Shown: positions 50,066-63,570, counted from the stretch's first letter. The stretch is DNA of 64,000 bases from Octopus sinensis (GCF_006345805.1 NC_042999.1:119660001-119724000), one strand, 5' to 3'. Notes: a model not told the origin generated them from the sequence alone. A program made the numbers and translations.

Positions 50066-51720
50066 TAATAATAATAATAATAAAGATAATATTGATAACA
50101 ATAAATATGAAGAAGATGAAGATGAAGATATTGAAGAAAACAAATAAAGGAAGATGAAAAAGAAAAGGAAAAAAGAAACGAATGAAAACAGACCATTAGC
50201 AATGAATGATAATAATAGCATCTACAACAACACCAACAACAGAAATGATATTAATAACGACAACAACAATAATGATGATGACGACATAACATATAATCAC
50301 AACAATAACAAACATGAACAACAATCTGTTCTAGAAGCAAGACAAAATTCTATGTGGTATGGCAAACATTTTGGAGAATGCATTGAGAAAGAAATGAGAT
50401 CTGTAGTAAAAGAAACCAGGAGTCAGACATCAAAGGCAAAAAAGAATTAATCTTGGATAAGGAAGATAGGTAGATAGCTAAAGAGAGGAGGGAAAGAGAG
50501 GGAAAGAGAAGGGGAGAGAGGGAGAGAAAGAGAAGGGGAGAGAGGGGGAGGAAGAGAAAGAGAGGGAGGGAGATGGAGAGAGAGGTAGATGGAGAAAGAG
50601 AAAGATGGAGAGAGAGAGGAATAGAGAAATGGAGAGACAGAGAGAAGAGAGAGAGAAAGAAAAAGGGATGGAGAGAAAGAATGAACGAGAAAGTGAGAGG
50701 CAGAGAGACAGAGAAAGAGAGGAGGGAGAGAGGGAGAGAAATAGAGATGAAGAGAAAGGGAGAAAGAGAGAGAGAGAGAGAAGGAGAGAGGGAGAAAAAA
50801 AGAATGAGAAAAAGAGGGGGAGAGAAAGGCAGAGAACTTATTTGGCCACTGGTTCTGTCCTCCTTCACCGCCTCCAGCGTTACCGCCACCACGGCTTCCA
50901 TCGCCATCGACTACCATTTCCCCATCTAAATCAGGGCCACACAGCTACAATCATGACCATTTCACAGCCCTTATTAATATCAACATTATCGTCATCATTA
51001 ACACCACCACTACCACCACCACCACCACTACGACTAATACTCCAAATGATATTATTGATATCCTTCGAGCATCAACGCAGTCTCTGTCATAACGTTACCA
51101 GCATTATCAACATCACACCACTACCACCACCACCACCACCACCACCACCACCACCACCACCATAACCATCAGCACCCCCTCCACACCACCACCACCTCTA
51201 CCACCTCTACCACCACTACAACTCCATCACCATTATCCCAACACCACCATCCTCGTTATCACCACCACCACCCCATCACTCCCACCATCATCATCATTGT
51301 CGTCGTCATCACCACCATCACCATCATCACCACCACCACCACCACCACTACTGCCACCACCACCATCACCTTTGAATAATAACACCACAACTACCAACAC
51401 CACCACTGTTACAATCAATATCATCATCACCACTACCTCAGCTACCCCGACAATGTCACTACGTTTACCACTGCCAACACTGCTATCACCACCATCGATA
51501 TCGCAACTACAATAGCACCAAAATAATCACTACCACTACCGTCACCACAACCATTACCTCCGCCACCTTCACCAGCAAGATTATCACCACCTTCAATAAC
51601 CCTTCTTACTCTAATTGCTACAAGAATTGCTACTACCAATGCTACTGCGATCACCATTTTCTGGAAAACTATCTTGAATACCATCACCGCGAATACATCA
51701 CATCCACCAACATTTCTACT
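49040..51720. repeat. 2.7-kb low-complexity block: (ACA)/(ATT)/(AAT)/(GAT) tracts, purine-rich tract 50460-50830, (CAC/CCA)n 51000-51700
   Basis: Direct inspection. Source of the spurious poly-I/N/D/P/ER ORFs. Confidence 0.95.
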
Positions 51721-52479
51721 GCATCACTACATTCCAGCCCCTTTCAAACACAACTGCAACAACTTTTCCACATAAATATAGATTTTAACCCAACACCGTG
51801 ACTATTAATTATACGAAAAATACCACTATGATGACGAACCTGCAAGCAAGGCCAGTCTGTTTTAATTGCTCTTAGTTTCAAAGCTACCAAATGAAATGCT
51901 ACAGGGAAATATAGTTTTCCCTTTCTCTGCAGATGTTGTGTATATAGTAGTTTTATGTTGTTGGCAGTAAGTCTAGTATAGTTCCTCGGGTTACCATCTC
52001 GTGGAGCGAAGATTGTCCTGCATAATACAACCTTGGGAACTCAAATTCCTCTTACTGGGCAAGTGGCTCGATTTTGACAACCGCGAGTGTGTTACAGTAA
52101 TATGGATTGTGCAGTCGTATATTCGCAGTTGTTGTGTGCAATGTTAGAAGTACTGTTGTCATGGAAACATAGATAACTTTAACATTAAATGTATTCCTCT
52201 TTAGACGTCGCATACTATGTTGCTAGAAATCTTATTGGGTTTCGGTTTCCGATTTCACTCAAAAGCAATAAAAGATCGTCATTGTACGTATTATCAAGAT
52301 TACTAATACATGCTCAGACAACTACATTTCTAGCATTACTTTTCACAACTGAGAACATACAACTTCTACTTGGACAACACATCTGCAATAACCGAAATCG
52401 AAATACTTGTTCACTGAGTGGAATGTCTCCTCAAGGCTGTGATATATAACACTACATTCACTTACCAGGTGGCGTCCAG

Positions 52480-52870
52480 CATCTCAATAGATGATATAAA
52501 CTATATCTAAAGTTATTTAGGTCCAACAGTAAGATACACCACTAGCCTGTACTGTTTAATATGGAGCACTAGAGGCTAAAGATACAACCGTACAATAATA
52601 ACTTGGAGCATTTTCAATAGAACATTCAGTAGAGTTATTGTGCGAAGATAGTCACGTTCTTCTTTTGCATTTAGATGACAGGCTTGTTCACCTTTCCTTT
52701 GGCAGACGTCTGTCGTAATTGACAACAAGCTGAAAATAATTTCTAGATGTGTTGGTGGGAAAGCTCTGTCCTCAAACAGTTTATCTCTTTCCACCATACG
52801 AATTCCTTCAACACAGCCATCATATAGAGGGAGATCATTCGCTCTACCTTACTAAAGGAAGGCGGTAAGT
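52480..52870 (-). mobile_element. RTE-like RT N-terminal remnant
   Basis: ORF 52576-52797: RKG...RDYLRTITLLNVLLKMLQVIIVRL (YR.I.LLN...K motif). Confidence 0.5.
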
Positions 52871-52942
52871 CAATCTTCACGATAGCCTCAACAAATAACC
52901 AGCTCCCTTCAGCACATGACAACTACAACAGTAGCAACAAGT

Positions 52943-53130
52943 GGAGGAGCAATGGCGCAGTGGTTAAGGCAGCGTACTCACGGTCGTAAGAACGCGGTTT
53001 CGATTCCCAGACCGGGCGTTATGAGTGTTTATTGAGCAAAACACCTAAGCTCCAAGAGGTTTCGGCGGTGTGGGGTGAACCTCACTGTACTCTTTCACCA
53101 CACCTTTCTCTCACTCTTTCTTCCTTCTTC
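52943..53130 (+). mobile_element. tRNA-derived SINE head, family C
   Basis: A-box tggcgcagtgg at 52953-52963 and B-box ggtttcgattccc at 52996-53008. Continues into a non-tRNA body (ttgagcaaaacacc), so it is not a tRNA gene. Confidence 0.7.
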
Positions 53131-53387
53131 TGCCACTATGTAACCCACTATGGTGTGGTAAAACTTTCAGACTGTAGACTAGATTGCGAATCCTCTGTAC
53201 CCCAGGATGGTTCAGCTCTTTACCCGTTAAAAGCCACTGTTTACAGAATGAGGATAACAACGTAGCTTTCGCGCCCGTGCAACCGCCAGTCTATCGCGTG
53301 TGGTGGGTGGATCTTCAAGTCGCCACACGCATTCTTAGTAGCTTAGAGCAGGCTCGAATTAGAGATTATTCTTTGTGGCTAATGGTG

Positions 53388-53565
53388 TGAAGAAGAAGAA
53401 GAAGAAAAAGAAGAAGAAGAAGAAGAAGAAGAAGAAGAAGAAGAAGAGAAGAAGAAGAAGAAGAAAAAGAAGAAGAAAAAGAAGAAGAGAAGAAGAAGAA
53501 GAAGAAGAAGAAGAAGAAGAAGAAGAAGAAGAAGAAGAAGAAGAAGAAGAAGAAGAAGAAGACAA
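53388..53565. repeat. (GAA)n microsatellite
   Basis: Direct inspection. Confidence 0.95.
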
Positions 53566-53714
53566 CAGCAGCAACAACAACACATTCAAATTTCACGTCT
53601 GTTGGATTTATATTAAGGACATAAAGATTTGGAAAACGCCTCAAGGTATTTTGTTGAATGTTGATAAAAAGAGCACAAAATCAATGAAACGTAAAATGAT
53701 CAGAACTTTACACA

Positions 53715-54125
53715 CCTTATCTTTTACTTGTTTCAGTCATTAGACGGTGGCCATTTTGGGGGGCACTGCTTGAGGAATTTTAGCCAAACTAATTGACCCC
53801 AGTATTTATTCTCTTTTAAAGCTTTGTACTCATTTTATCGGAATTCTTTTTGCCAAACCGCTAAGTTACGGTCGCGTAAGCACACCAACACTGGTTGTCA
53901 AGTGGTGGTGGGGTATAAACACAAACACAAAGACACACACACATATACAGTATACATACATACATACCACGGGCTTCTTTCAGTTTCTGTCAACCAAATC
54001 CGCACACAAAGCTTTGGTTGGCCTGAGTTTATAGTAGAAGACACTTGCCTAAGGTGCCACGCAGTGGGACTGAACCCTTAATCATGTAGTTGAGAAGTAA
54101 ACTTCTTACCATGCAGCCACGTCTG
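53715..54125 (-). mobile_element. Essentially full-length SINE family A
   Basis: Contains the 3' block (gtttcagtcattagacggtggcc), internal (CA/TA) segment and tRNA head contiguously, which defines the unsplit structure. Confidence 0.75.
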
Positions 54126-57100
54126 AAAATGAATGAATATACAAATAAATAGCCTTGGTATATACAACACACATTCTATACAGAATATATTCACTTTATT
54201 AGCCCAACTGACGGAGTACACATTCTGCATGACTCATGCTATAAGTTTTCTACTCTATTGCTATACAATAATATAACAAGACTCGGCAACATGTACACTA
54301 AAAATCACTACCCCAAAGGGAAAAAAACCCTTCACATAGCATGTACTCTACATATACAAGAAAAGAAACAGTAAATTAACAAACACCAGAAAACAAATAT
54401 GGTATAAAAATACTTCTACTTTTCGTTGATATAATGTTGTTCACATGTGAAGAACACGTTGGTGTACCTGGCGGTTTAGTAGAAGCCAACATTAAACTTT
54501 TGCACGAAAACATGATGATAATAGTAATAATTTGTAACATACGAAAAGAACAGAAATTTATTGTGTGGAGTTAGTTGATTAAATGAATCCAAGTAAGTGA
54601 TTGAAACTTTATCCGCCCAGCAAAAGGATGACAAACTCAGCTAAAATTTGAAGCCAGAACGTAATGCTGTATCTAAATATCTCAAGACATCAACTAAATT
54701 TAAAGGATAATTCACAGACTTTTAGAAAACAGACTCTTAACTGTCAAAGTAGATTACAGAACAGTATAAGCAATGTAGAAAAAGGAAATGAAGAAAATAT
54801 CAATGCCGAGTAATAATAAGTGAATTAAACGAATTCCTAAAGACTTGCGTACTTATGACAATAGGAAATGAAGGATTAAATAAACAATCTACAGTTGCCA
54901 ACATGAACTCCCTATCATACAAAAGACGATTGAAGTAGATCATCATGGGATGAACGAGAGTAAATTTAAGCGAAGACTTTATAGTTTACTAAGCGCAACA
55001 AGTAAAATAAACGAGATGACAGTATATAACACTTCTCTACACATACGGATGCAAAAGTAAAAAAAAACAAAAAAAACTCTTTTATGATGAGTAACAATGA
55101 CATAGAGAATAAGCATCTGTTCGAAAGTCTGTTTTATTTAAATAATAGATAGCCACCTTAAATAATTACTGAAAAAAATGATATATATAAATTGAGTAGC
55201 ATTAAGGAGAGTAAACGGTTTCGTCAGAAGTGCGTTCGAAAATTATAACCATTCTATAAACTGTATATGGGCAACCTTTTTCAAGACGTTGGTCGTATAA
55301 GATATGAATCATCACCACGTGGATAAGACTACTAAAAATATTCAAGGTAAGGTTCTGTTAGGCGTGCCATTCAGAAAGTCCGGACTGCAGTTCGCCAATG
55401 ACAGCAATAGCACTCAACAATAATTGAAACATTTTGAAAAGATCTATTTTTGAAAATTAAGCTTACTGTAGATGTCGATATATAAGAAGAAGGCTTCTGA
55501 TTTCGTGTCACGTGTCATGCAGCTTATCTATAAAGCAGCTGGAAATGAAGTAGTTTTGCGAACCTCTTTAAAGCAGCAATGAAAAAAGGGGCAGATTGTT
55601 TTTTTTTACGGTACTCAAAAATACATTGAGTGCTAGACCTGTCTTCACGGAAACATCTACTGGAATATGACAGAGTGATTGTGCATAATCCTATATTTAT
55701 TAGTTTTGAATTGATTGATTAAAAAGCTTATTCCAGATATTAAAAAAGAAGAGGAGTTATTTGGCTCATCCATCGAAAATGGGTATTCTTGGCTTACCTA
55801 AAGTGTGTACTGCAAAAAGTCCCCAACTTGAGAATTTCCTCCATATTGCTAAACACTGTAGCAAAGATATTAAGAATCATGCTTGATAACGGCATCACAT
55901 CAAGGTGGGGATAGAATAAAAGTATTGAATAATTCCACAACTATAAATACTTGAGTAAAATTGTGTGCGGATGAACATGAAAAATGGATATTTTGACAGT
56001 CAAGTAATTTCTTTTATCTGTTTCTTGTACTATTAATACAACTGGTGACATTAACACTTAATAACGCATTTGCGATGCAGTCATAACATGACTCACTCTG
56101 TAACATTAGGCTGGAGTATAACAGATTTAGATTGCTATACGAAAAATTTACTTAAGGTGTACACAATAACTCTGACGAATGACAACTCTATATCTCTCGA
56201 AGGAAGAGTAGAAGCAAATCTGTGAAGGTTGAAGAACAGTATAAGAAAATTATTAATGTTGCCCGTCTTTCTGATGCATACATGTTTGACAAAATTTGAT
56301 CAATTAAGACGTTTTACAGTTTCAATTTCCCTCCAATTTGAAGCCGATAATATGAGATTTGCCCACTATGGGTTTACCAGCACTAACCTTTTTCAATTTT
56401 ATAAGACAGCCCTCCACTTTCGCAGAACCTATGTCAGAAGCAAGTTAGCTTGTATTAATGATGGTCGTTAAACAACAATTGGCAAGCAATACTCCCATGT
56501 TTAAAACAGCTAGTCGGCTTAGTACTGATCTTCATTATAAATGTGGAGGTTGTCATGGATACGATTGTCTGGAAAAGCATATGTTTGCGTAGATCTAATA
56601 TTTAATATAACTGCTTCAAATTTCCTCAAACTAATTTGACAGCATCTTCATTCAATTTTTATTTATTTATTATTCAGTCGCTTGTAAATGCGAAGTGTTC
56701 ATTGCAAATTCCTCTCATACCGGAGAAATCGATGTATTTGATGTTCAACTTGAACTTCTAAAGGTTGGTATTCATAGGTACGGTGTATGATGGGAGAAGG
56801 AGAAAGAGAGAATGAAGGAATGTACCAGAGTGTTGAAGTTCTGTAGAAATATAAGGGAAGTGTTTTGTACAGGGTCGAAAGTTGAGACACAATAAGAATA
56901 GTGAGAAAAGAGGATGATATTGGGGCGTCAGTTGCACACAGCTTGCTAGATCAAAGGCCTAGAGACTCTGCAACAGTTTCGATTTCAGTGGAAGTGACAA
57001 AATGGTGTTATAACGAAACTGGTTGAGTGTGGATAGGTGAAAGTTCTCATGACAGATTCAGGAATATCTTGAAGTAATTAATTACATCTCTTAATGCTTT

Positions 57101-57655
57101 AAGTTCAAATCGGGTCAAGTTGACTTTTAACTATCATCTTCTCTAGGTCGATAAAATAAGTACTAGTCAAATATTGAACTTGATATGATTAACTATATTT
57201 AATCCCTATCGTAGAGCACTCACATTAATTCTGCAGGATAAAAGTTTTAGAACTTGCCTCTATTCTAAAGTTGTTTTGGTTAGAATAATTTAAGATGTCT
57301 AGACTATTAACGTTATCTTTTGTTTCTATACTTTAATACATTTCACTCAAATTAATTACCCGATAGTCTTCGGGTGTCTTATTTCTCTCTATATAGAATT
57401 ATTTGAATAGTTATCGAACTAATTTTAAAGCAAAGTTCCAATGACGTTTTTCTTAGTCTTCTCACGAGCTGTAGATTTTCTATATGAATTAAGAATTTTT
57501 CTTGCATGATTTATGATATGCCTTAATCTTTGTTCTCCAAACTTATTCCATTAGGCTCTCTGAATTTTTTCTCTTAGCGCATTTTTATTTTAATTATGCA
57601 AATTGTCCAAGGCCATAAATGTTCTCCACAGATTTTGCACGTCTTCATCTTCTGT

Positions 57656-57704
57656 CTGCTGTACTGACGATACTTATTAAGACCGAAACACGTGTCCACA
57701 ACTG
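57656..57704 (+). ncRNA. Degenerate minimal type I hammerhead-like motif
   Basis: CTGACGA 57664-57670, short stem II (ctt-att-aag), GAAAC 57685-57689, palindromic CACGTG stem III, GTC 57694-57696; stem I weak. Confidence 0.45.
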
Positions 57705-58429
57705 TCCTCGTTTCTCCTCCTCCCGCTATACATAAAAAAACATTTTCTTAATGACATCACACAATTTCTGTGAATTTTAGTTCTTAAAATTATCTTCCCT
57801 TTTCTTTCGGAATTGGCTACAATTGCCTACAAGCTGAGATAATTTCAAAAATCAAATAGTCATGTATATATTTGATAAGCCTTTATTCCTGGTTCCTAAA
57901 GTGGGATAGTGCATACCCTAAGAGGTGTAACTCCCAGCAGTTGACAGAAAAGACTAAAACTATAGATAAAGTGACAAACAAAATACAATTACGCTCAAAG
58001 TACAAAATACATAAATAAAAGATAGGCAAAAGGACAGAAAGGGAGTCTGGTCTACTATCAAATTACATTTCTATCCTAATGGTCAGATTATAAGGAAGAT
58101 AGTTCTAAGCATACTAAATAATAGATAAAGAATAAAATAAAGTGTTTACAGATTATAAAGTGATAAAGCAGTTAAGACTCATCATTTCAGTTCTTATCTA
58201 CTGTTAACTTGTTTCCTTTAAGCATCTAAATTACCTTCCTTTTCTCACGACAAAAGAGCTGGCCCCATTCCAAACTCGACTGAGCCTCCATTTAAAGTTG
58301 ATTTATTACTGTCTAGTTTTTATGTCCTTCTTTTAGGCAAAAAAAGGAGATAAGTTTGCAGATAGCATTACCCACTCCGCATATATACTGTCCCATACAA
58401 CCACTCACAGGGCAGTGCGCGTCGCTTTC

Positions 58430-58778
58430 TGTATACATACATACATACATACATATACATACATACATACATACATACATACATACATACATACATACAC
58501 GTCCTCCCCACACATGCGCAACCACATGCATTCCAACAAAACCCACACCATATCCACTGTTTACAGTAATAAATGATGGACCGAAAGTCCAACCTGTAGA
58601 CTAGTGTGTACATTCTTATATTCATGTATACGCATATGTCTGTGTATATATAAAAAGTATAGATATGTATTAACCCATACATGCGCACCGATATACTTCC
58701 CACATACATCCTAACCACAATACAGTCAGGAGAAAAAAATAATGATATACATACATACATACATACATACATAATACA

Positions 58779-58809
<31 letters not shown>

Positions 58810-58886
58810 GTATGCACGTATATGTGTATATGTCTATGTATATATATATATACATACATACATATATATATACATATCTATATATA

Positions 58887-58927
<41 letters not shown>

Positions 58928-58950
58928 GTATGTATGTATATATATATTAA
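58430..58950. repeat. (TACA)n/(TATG)n/(TA)n compound microsatellites
   Basis: Direct inspection. Confidence 0.9.
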
Positions 58951-60692
58951 TAATATGAATAATATATAAATATATGCATATATGGATACAGGACATAAAA
59001 AAAACGTTCAACACAATAAGAAACGAAAACATAAAAACAAAAACATAGAAAACGAACTTTTTTGATCAACGAAAAAACAAACACAGAAACGAGACATGCA
59101 ACATAAAGAATATTCCCCTTCATCAATTGTCCCTGTTTCATCTACTCCGCGTTACAAAGGTAATGACAATACGCGACTTCGTTGAAACAGTCCTTCCCGC
59201 AAAGCAAATTAAATTATATTTGGGATTTTTTGCGGAGGGTGAAAGTGGTAACAAGAATAGGACAGTGAGCACAAGACAGTAAAAACAAACGGTGAAGGTT
59301 GTTAAGCAAAGACGATAGAAAAATTATTATGAACGCTAGGAGGACGAGCTTATGAGAAGAGACAGTGTAAGCACGTCTTGTCTTTAGGAAGGAAATGGAC
59401 AGGAAAATAGATTCCCTTTCGTCAAGTGTCAGCGGCAAGAGAGTCAGAGAGAAAGAATGAGAGAGAGGGAACGGTGAAGAGGAGAGGAGAAGAATAGGGA
59501 AGGGTGGGAGAGAAAACCAGAAAGGCTGAAGAACAAGAGAGGGAGGGAGAAAGACAGAGAAGAGATAGTAGAGATAGAAGAGTACGCATCGTAATTATTA
59601 AGATAAACCTTACTTGGAAAAGAACGCGTGGCGTTCGATCATATAATAATATGAATAATATATAAATATATGCATATATACATACATATCTGTACATACC
59701 TACACATATATGTATATATATACATACATATATGGGTATAGGACATCAAAAAAACGTTGAACACGATGAGAAACGAAAACATAAAAACGAAAACATAGAA
59801 AAGAACTTTCTATCATTAAGTTTATAAGTTAATAAATGTAGCGTGCGATAATTTTACTGTATGTCATCTAAAAATCTTGTGGTATTTATAAGATTCTGAA
59901 AAATGCCTTTCCTATCGAGCAAAGAAGATCCTAATAATCTTGGATGATATTTGTAAACCGAAGATTGGATTATTCCACAAAACATTGCATTATTTATACA
60001 TTTTGTTCAGTCTATAATTACTAGTATTATCTGTGGTAGAGTCGTTATCGAAAGAATTACAATTATTTATATAATTAAAATGTAGATTAGCCATATTTTC
60101 CCTTTTACTTTTATTTATTATGCCGTTTCTCTTTCCTGGGTTATGATGACCACCTTCATCTATTTTGCCTTCTTAATTTCTTCCACTACCAAAGTATGGT
60201 ATAGTGTTGTAATTGTTATTGTTGCTTTATGCCTTAATAAAATTATTATCAAGTATTTACTTGATTTTCTCAGTGTGCCAAGCCGTAGCTAGTGCGCGCG
60301 CGAGTTAAATATAATTTCATTTGCCGAATGTCAAGATATTCGATTGAATTTATAGTTTACAAACCCTTTTATGACAGAGGGTGGGTAATTAGATTTTTTA
60401 TTTATATATTTTCATTAGGTTTATGATATGGTTCAAATAATCCGGCATCTAAACTAAATGTTATGCTAATAAAATTTACTTTACAGTAATTTTTTTCTAG
60501 TACAGAATTTCATTATAATCAAAGTTGTGTCCATATGAGCAACATCTGCACTTCCCAATACACCAGAATTACATGTAACTGTGTGAAGCATGAATATGAG
60601 TTGCAAAATATTAGAAAATAGATTGTGCAGATTAATTACATATCAAAATAGGTGGTTGAAAAGTTTTTTCCCCTTCATCGGGGGAAAAATGA

Positions 60693-60751
60693 TGTTTACT
60701 CTAGATATGCGTTCAGCTCTTTACAAATTGAACGCATATCTAGTGTAAACA
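60693..60751. repeat. Hairpin with 23-bp arms and 13-nt loop
   Basis: tgtttactctagatatgcgttca / tgaacgcatatctagtgtaaaca, 22/23 complementary. Confidence 0.9.
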
Positions 60752-61245
60752 AAATTCCTCAACACTATTGAATCTTAAGATTTATCTGTAATTTGGACGA
60801 ATGAGCTCCAGAAACGATCGCCGGAACATTGCATTTCTTCTAACATGTAGCCCCAAACTCTTTTTAATACCTTTTATGATACCAAAATGAAATTTTTTTT
60901 ATAACGTTTTTATCTATATTCCACTATTATTTTTTTATCTATATTCTATTATTAATATGTTTATATATCTATATATCTTTGAGTCCATGTATATTTTTAT
61001 ATTTCTGTATATCTTTATATCTCTAATATATCAATATATGTTTCAGTTTGGACATCTTTTATTTCATCTTAACTAAGCCCGTATATGTATGTGTTAATCG
61101 TTGTCTGCCTGATTTGAACTTTTTCTATTCTGTCCACTATACTTATTTAACGCCTCAGGTTCGACTAGAGCACTTATACGCTATGTGTTTCGTAAGAAAA
61201 TAATAACTATATGTATAATATATATATATATATCTTTATCTTTAT

Positions 61246-61357
61246 CTAGTTTCAGCACACGAGCTGTGGCCATGCTGGGGCACCGCCATTAAAAGAAACC
61301 TGTGCATATCATATACGGCGGTGCATCAGTATGGCCGCAGCTCTGAGCTGAAACTAG
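61246..61357. mobile_element. Short foldback/MITE-like element (about 41-bp arms)
   Basis: ctagtttcagcacacgagctgtggccatgctggggcaccgcc versus reverse complement of ggcggtgcatcagtatggccgcagctctgagctgaaactag. Confidence 0.7.
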
Positions 61358-61364
61358 AGAGAGA

Positions 61365-61778
61365 GAAAAAATATAGGTGTGTATATATTCACTTTTCACC
61401 TGAAAACGGCTTCACCAATTGCTTTCATACTTGTGATGCATCAATAATTTTACCTCGGACAAATGTTAGGCTCTTCATTTGATTTTTTAAATTAAAAATA
61501 AAATAATATTGCTTTATATATATGATTCACTTCTTTAAAAAGGTTTCGCAATGTCAACGTCCGGTATTGACGTAAAAACGGCGAAGTCACCCACTCTCTA
61601 TTTTAATGTTTGCTGTTTGTAAACAACTTCAATAAATTACTGAAAGAAATATTTACTAAGTTCACAAAGTTAAATATTCGGTACAAGATAGTTTTTAACG
61701 TGCTTTTATTTATATTATTTGTTCATTCCATGTTTATCTCATTCATTGTTTGCAAAATTCTCTCTCTCAAACTCACGT

Positions 61779-61827
<49 letters not shown>

Positions 61828-63527
61828 CTCTCTCTCTCTATCTCTCTCTCACACACACACACGGTTTGATTTCGTTCTGAGCTCGCACACTTCATTAATT
61901 TCCGTAAAATTTATATTTTTATTTATTTTCTTTTTGCACGCCGTGTTCAACTCTGTATTTATAGTCAGTCACACATGTATATGTGTGTTTTTGCATGTAT
62001 GTTTGTCGACACTTCTGTATGTGTGTGTGTGTGTGTGTGTGAGTGAGGGAAGAGGTGTATTGTCATATATACGTACATACATAAATAGATATGCATACAT
62101 CTTTTTTGTGTGTATGTGCGCGCGTGTGTGTGTGTGAGTGAGAGAGAAAGTGATGTCTAAGTGGCACTCTCGTTCTCACACAATACATGTACGTATACAT
62201 GACAACATACCCTTCACTCTCTCTCTCTCTCACACACACGCCCATTTCATCTAATGTTTGGTATTGTATATCTGTGTTTGTGCGTGCGTGCAGTGTTCCA
62301 CAGAAAAAAAGCTGAGGAATTTTCTTTCTTGATGCTCCTGGTGGTACAGGTAAAACATTAGTAACATTGCTTCTCTCCATGGTAATGTAGGAAAAGAAAA
62401 AAAAATGCAGTTGCTGTACCATTGTCTGGCTTTGCTGCCGCCATTCTCCTAGGAGGACGAACAGCTCATTCTGCTTTTAAATTACCATTAAACCTGGTCA
62501 TAAATGACAGTCCAATTTGTAACATGAGCAAAGATTCACTTTCAACAGAGGTGTTGTGCCACTCTTTCATTTGGGATAAATACGCCATGTCACATAAAGT
62601 TGTAATGGAAGCTCTTGGTAAGACCTTACAGGACATCAGGGGCAATAATAAATATATGGGTGAAGTTATATTAATTTTATCAGGACATTATCAGTCATTC
62701 CAAGATGAACAAGATCTAATGAAATAAAAGCATGCATTAAGTCTTCACATCTATGGAATAAAGTACTGAAATTCTCCTTCAATACTAATGTGCAAGTTTT
62801 ATTACATGGGAACCAATCTGCAAAACAGTTTTCAACCTGGCTCCTCCAATTAGGAAATGGGAAAGTACCATTTGATGGGAATGGTGATATCTTAATTTGG
62901 CTCATATTGCTATTATGGTGAATTTCCCAGCTGAATTGGAGAACAGGGTATTTCCAGACTTAAGTAATAATTATAATTCACATAAATGGTTGTGTGAAAG
63001 GGCAATTCGTGCTCCAAAAAATGAAACAATAGCAAGGATTAACCATGAATTAATGAATTAGATTCGAACAGTCATTAAGAAGTACAAGTCAGTTGATTCA
63101 GTCCTTGATGAAAAGCAAGCTGTCTATTGCCCAGCAGAGTTCCACATGAAATTCCTCCACTTATACTTTTTTCTGAAGGTAAGAGTCCCAATAATGCTTC
63201 TAAGAAATTTAGATCCTCCTAAATTATGCAATAGGTCGAGGTTGATTGTGAAGACATTATCACCTAATGTGAAAGCAGCTACCATCATCACTGGATGTGC
63301 CTCTGGGGAAAAAGTTTTCATTCCAAGAATTCCAATCAAACCAACAGACATGCCATTTGAGGTACAAATCCCAGTGCGACTTTGCTTTGCAATATCTAAC
63401 GTTCCAGTCTTTTAAATCTACTCGCTTGCTTCTCTCATGGTCACCTTTATGTTGGTCCAGGACAGGTAGTTTGCAAGACGTATTTGTCTATGCTCCAACC
63501 CAGAAAACAAAGAATGCATTTTCGTTT

Positions 63528-63570
<43 letters not shown>

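Noticed and set aside
52943-53015. Possible tRNA gene
   Set aside because: A and B boxes are present, but I could not form a full cloverleaf or acceptor stem, and it continues into a SINE body with no T-run terminator.
55520-56200. Possible degraded RT on the + strand (KAAGNE, KAY)
   Set aside because: Only two or three short motif-like words across stops; insufficient to annotate.
59080-59200. Hammerhead-like words on the minus strand (GAAAC...TTGATGA)
   Set aside because: Order and spacing do not allow stems I and III; core C3 is missing.
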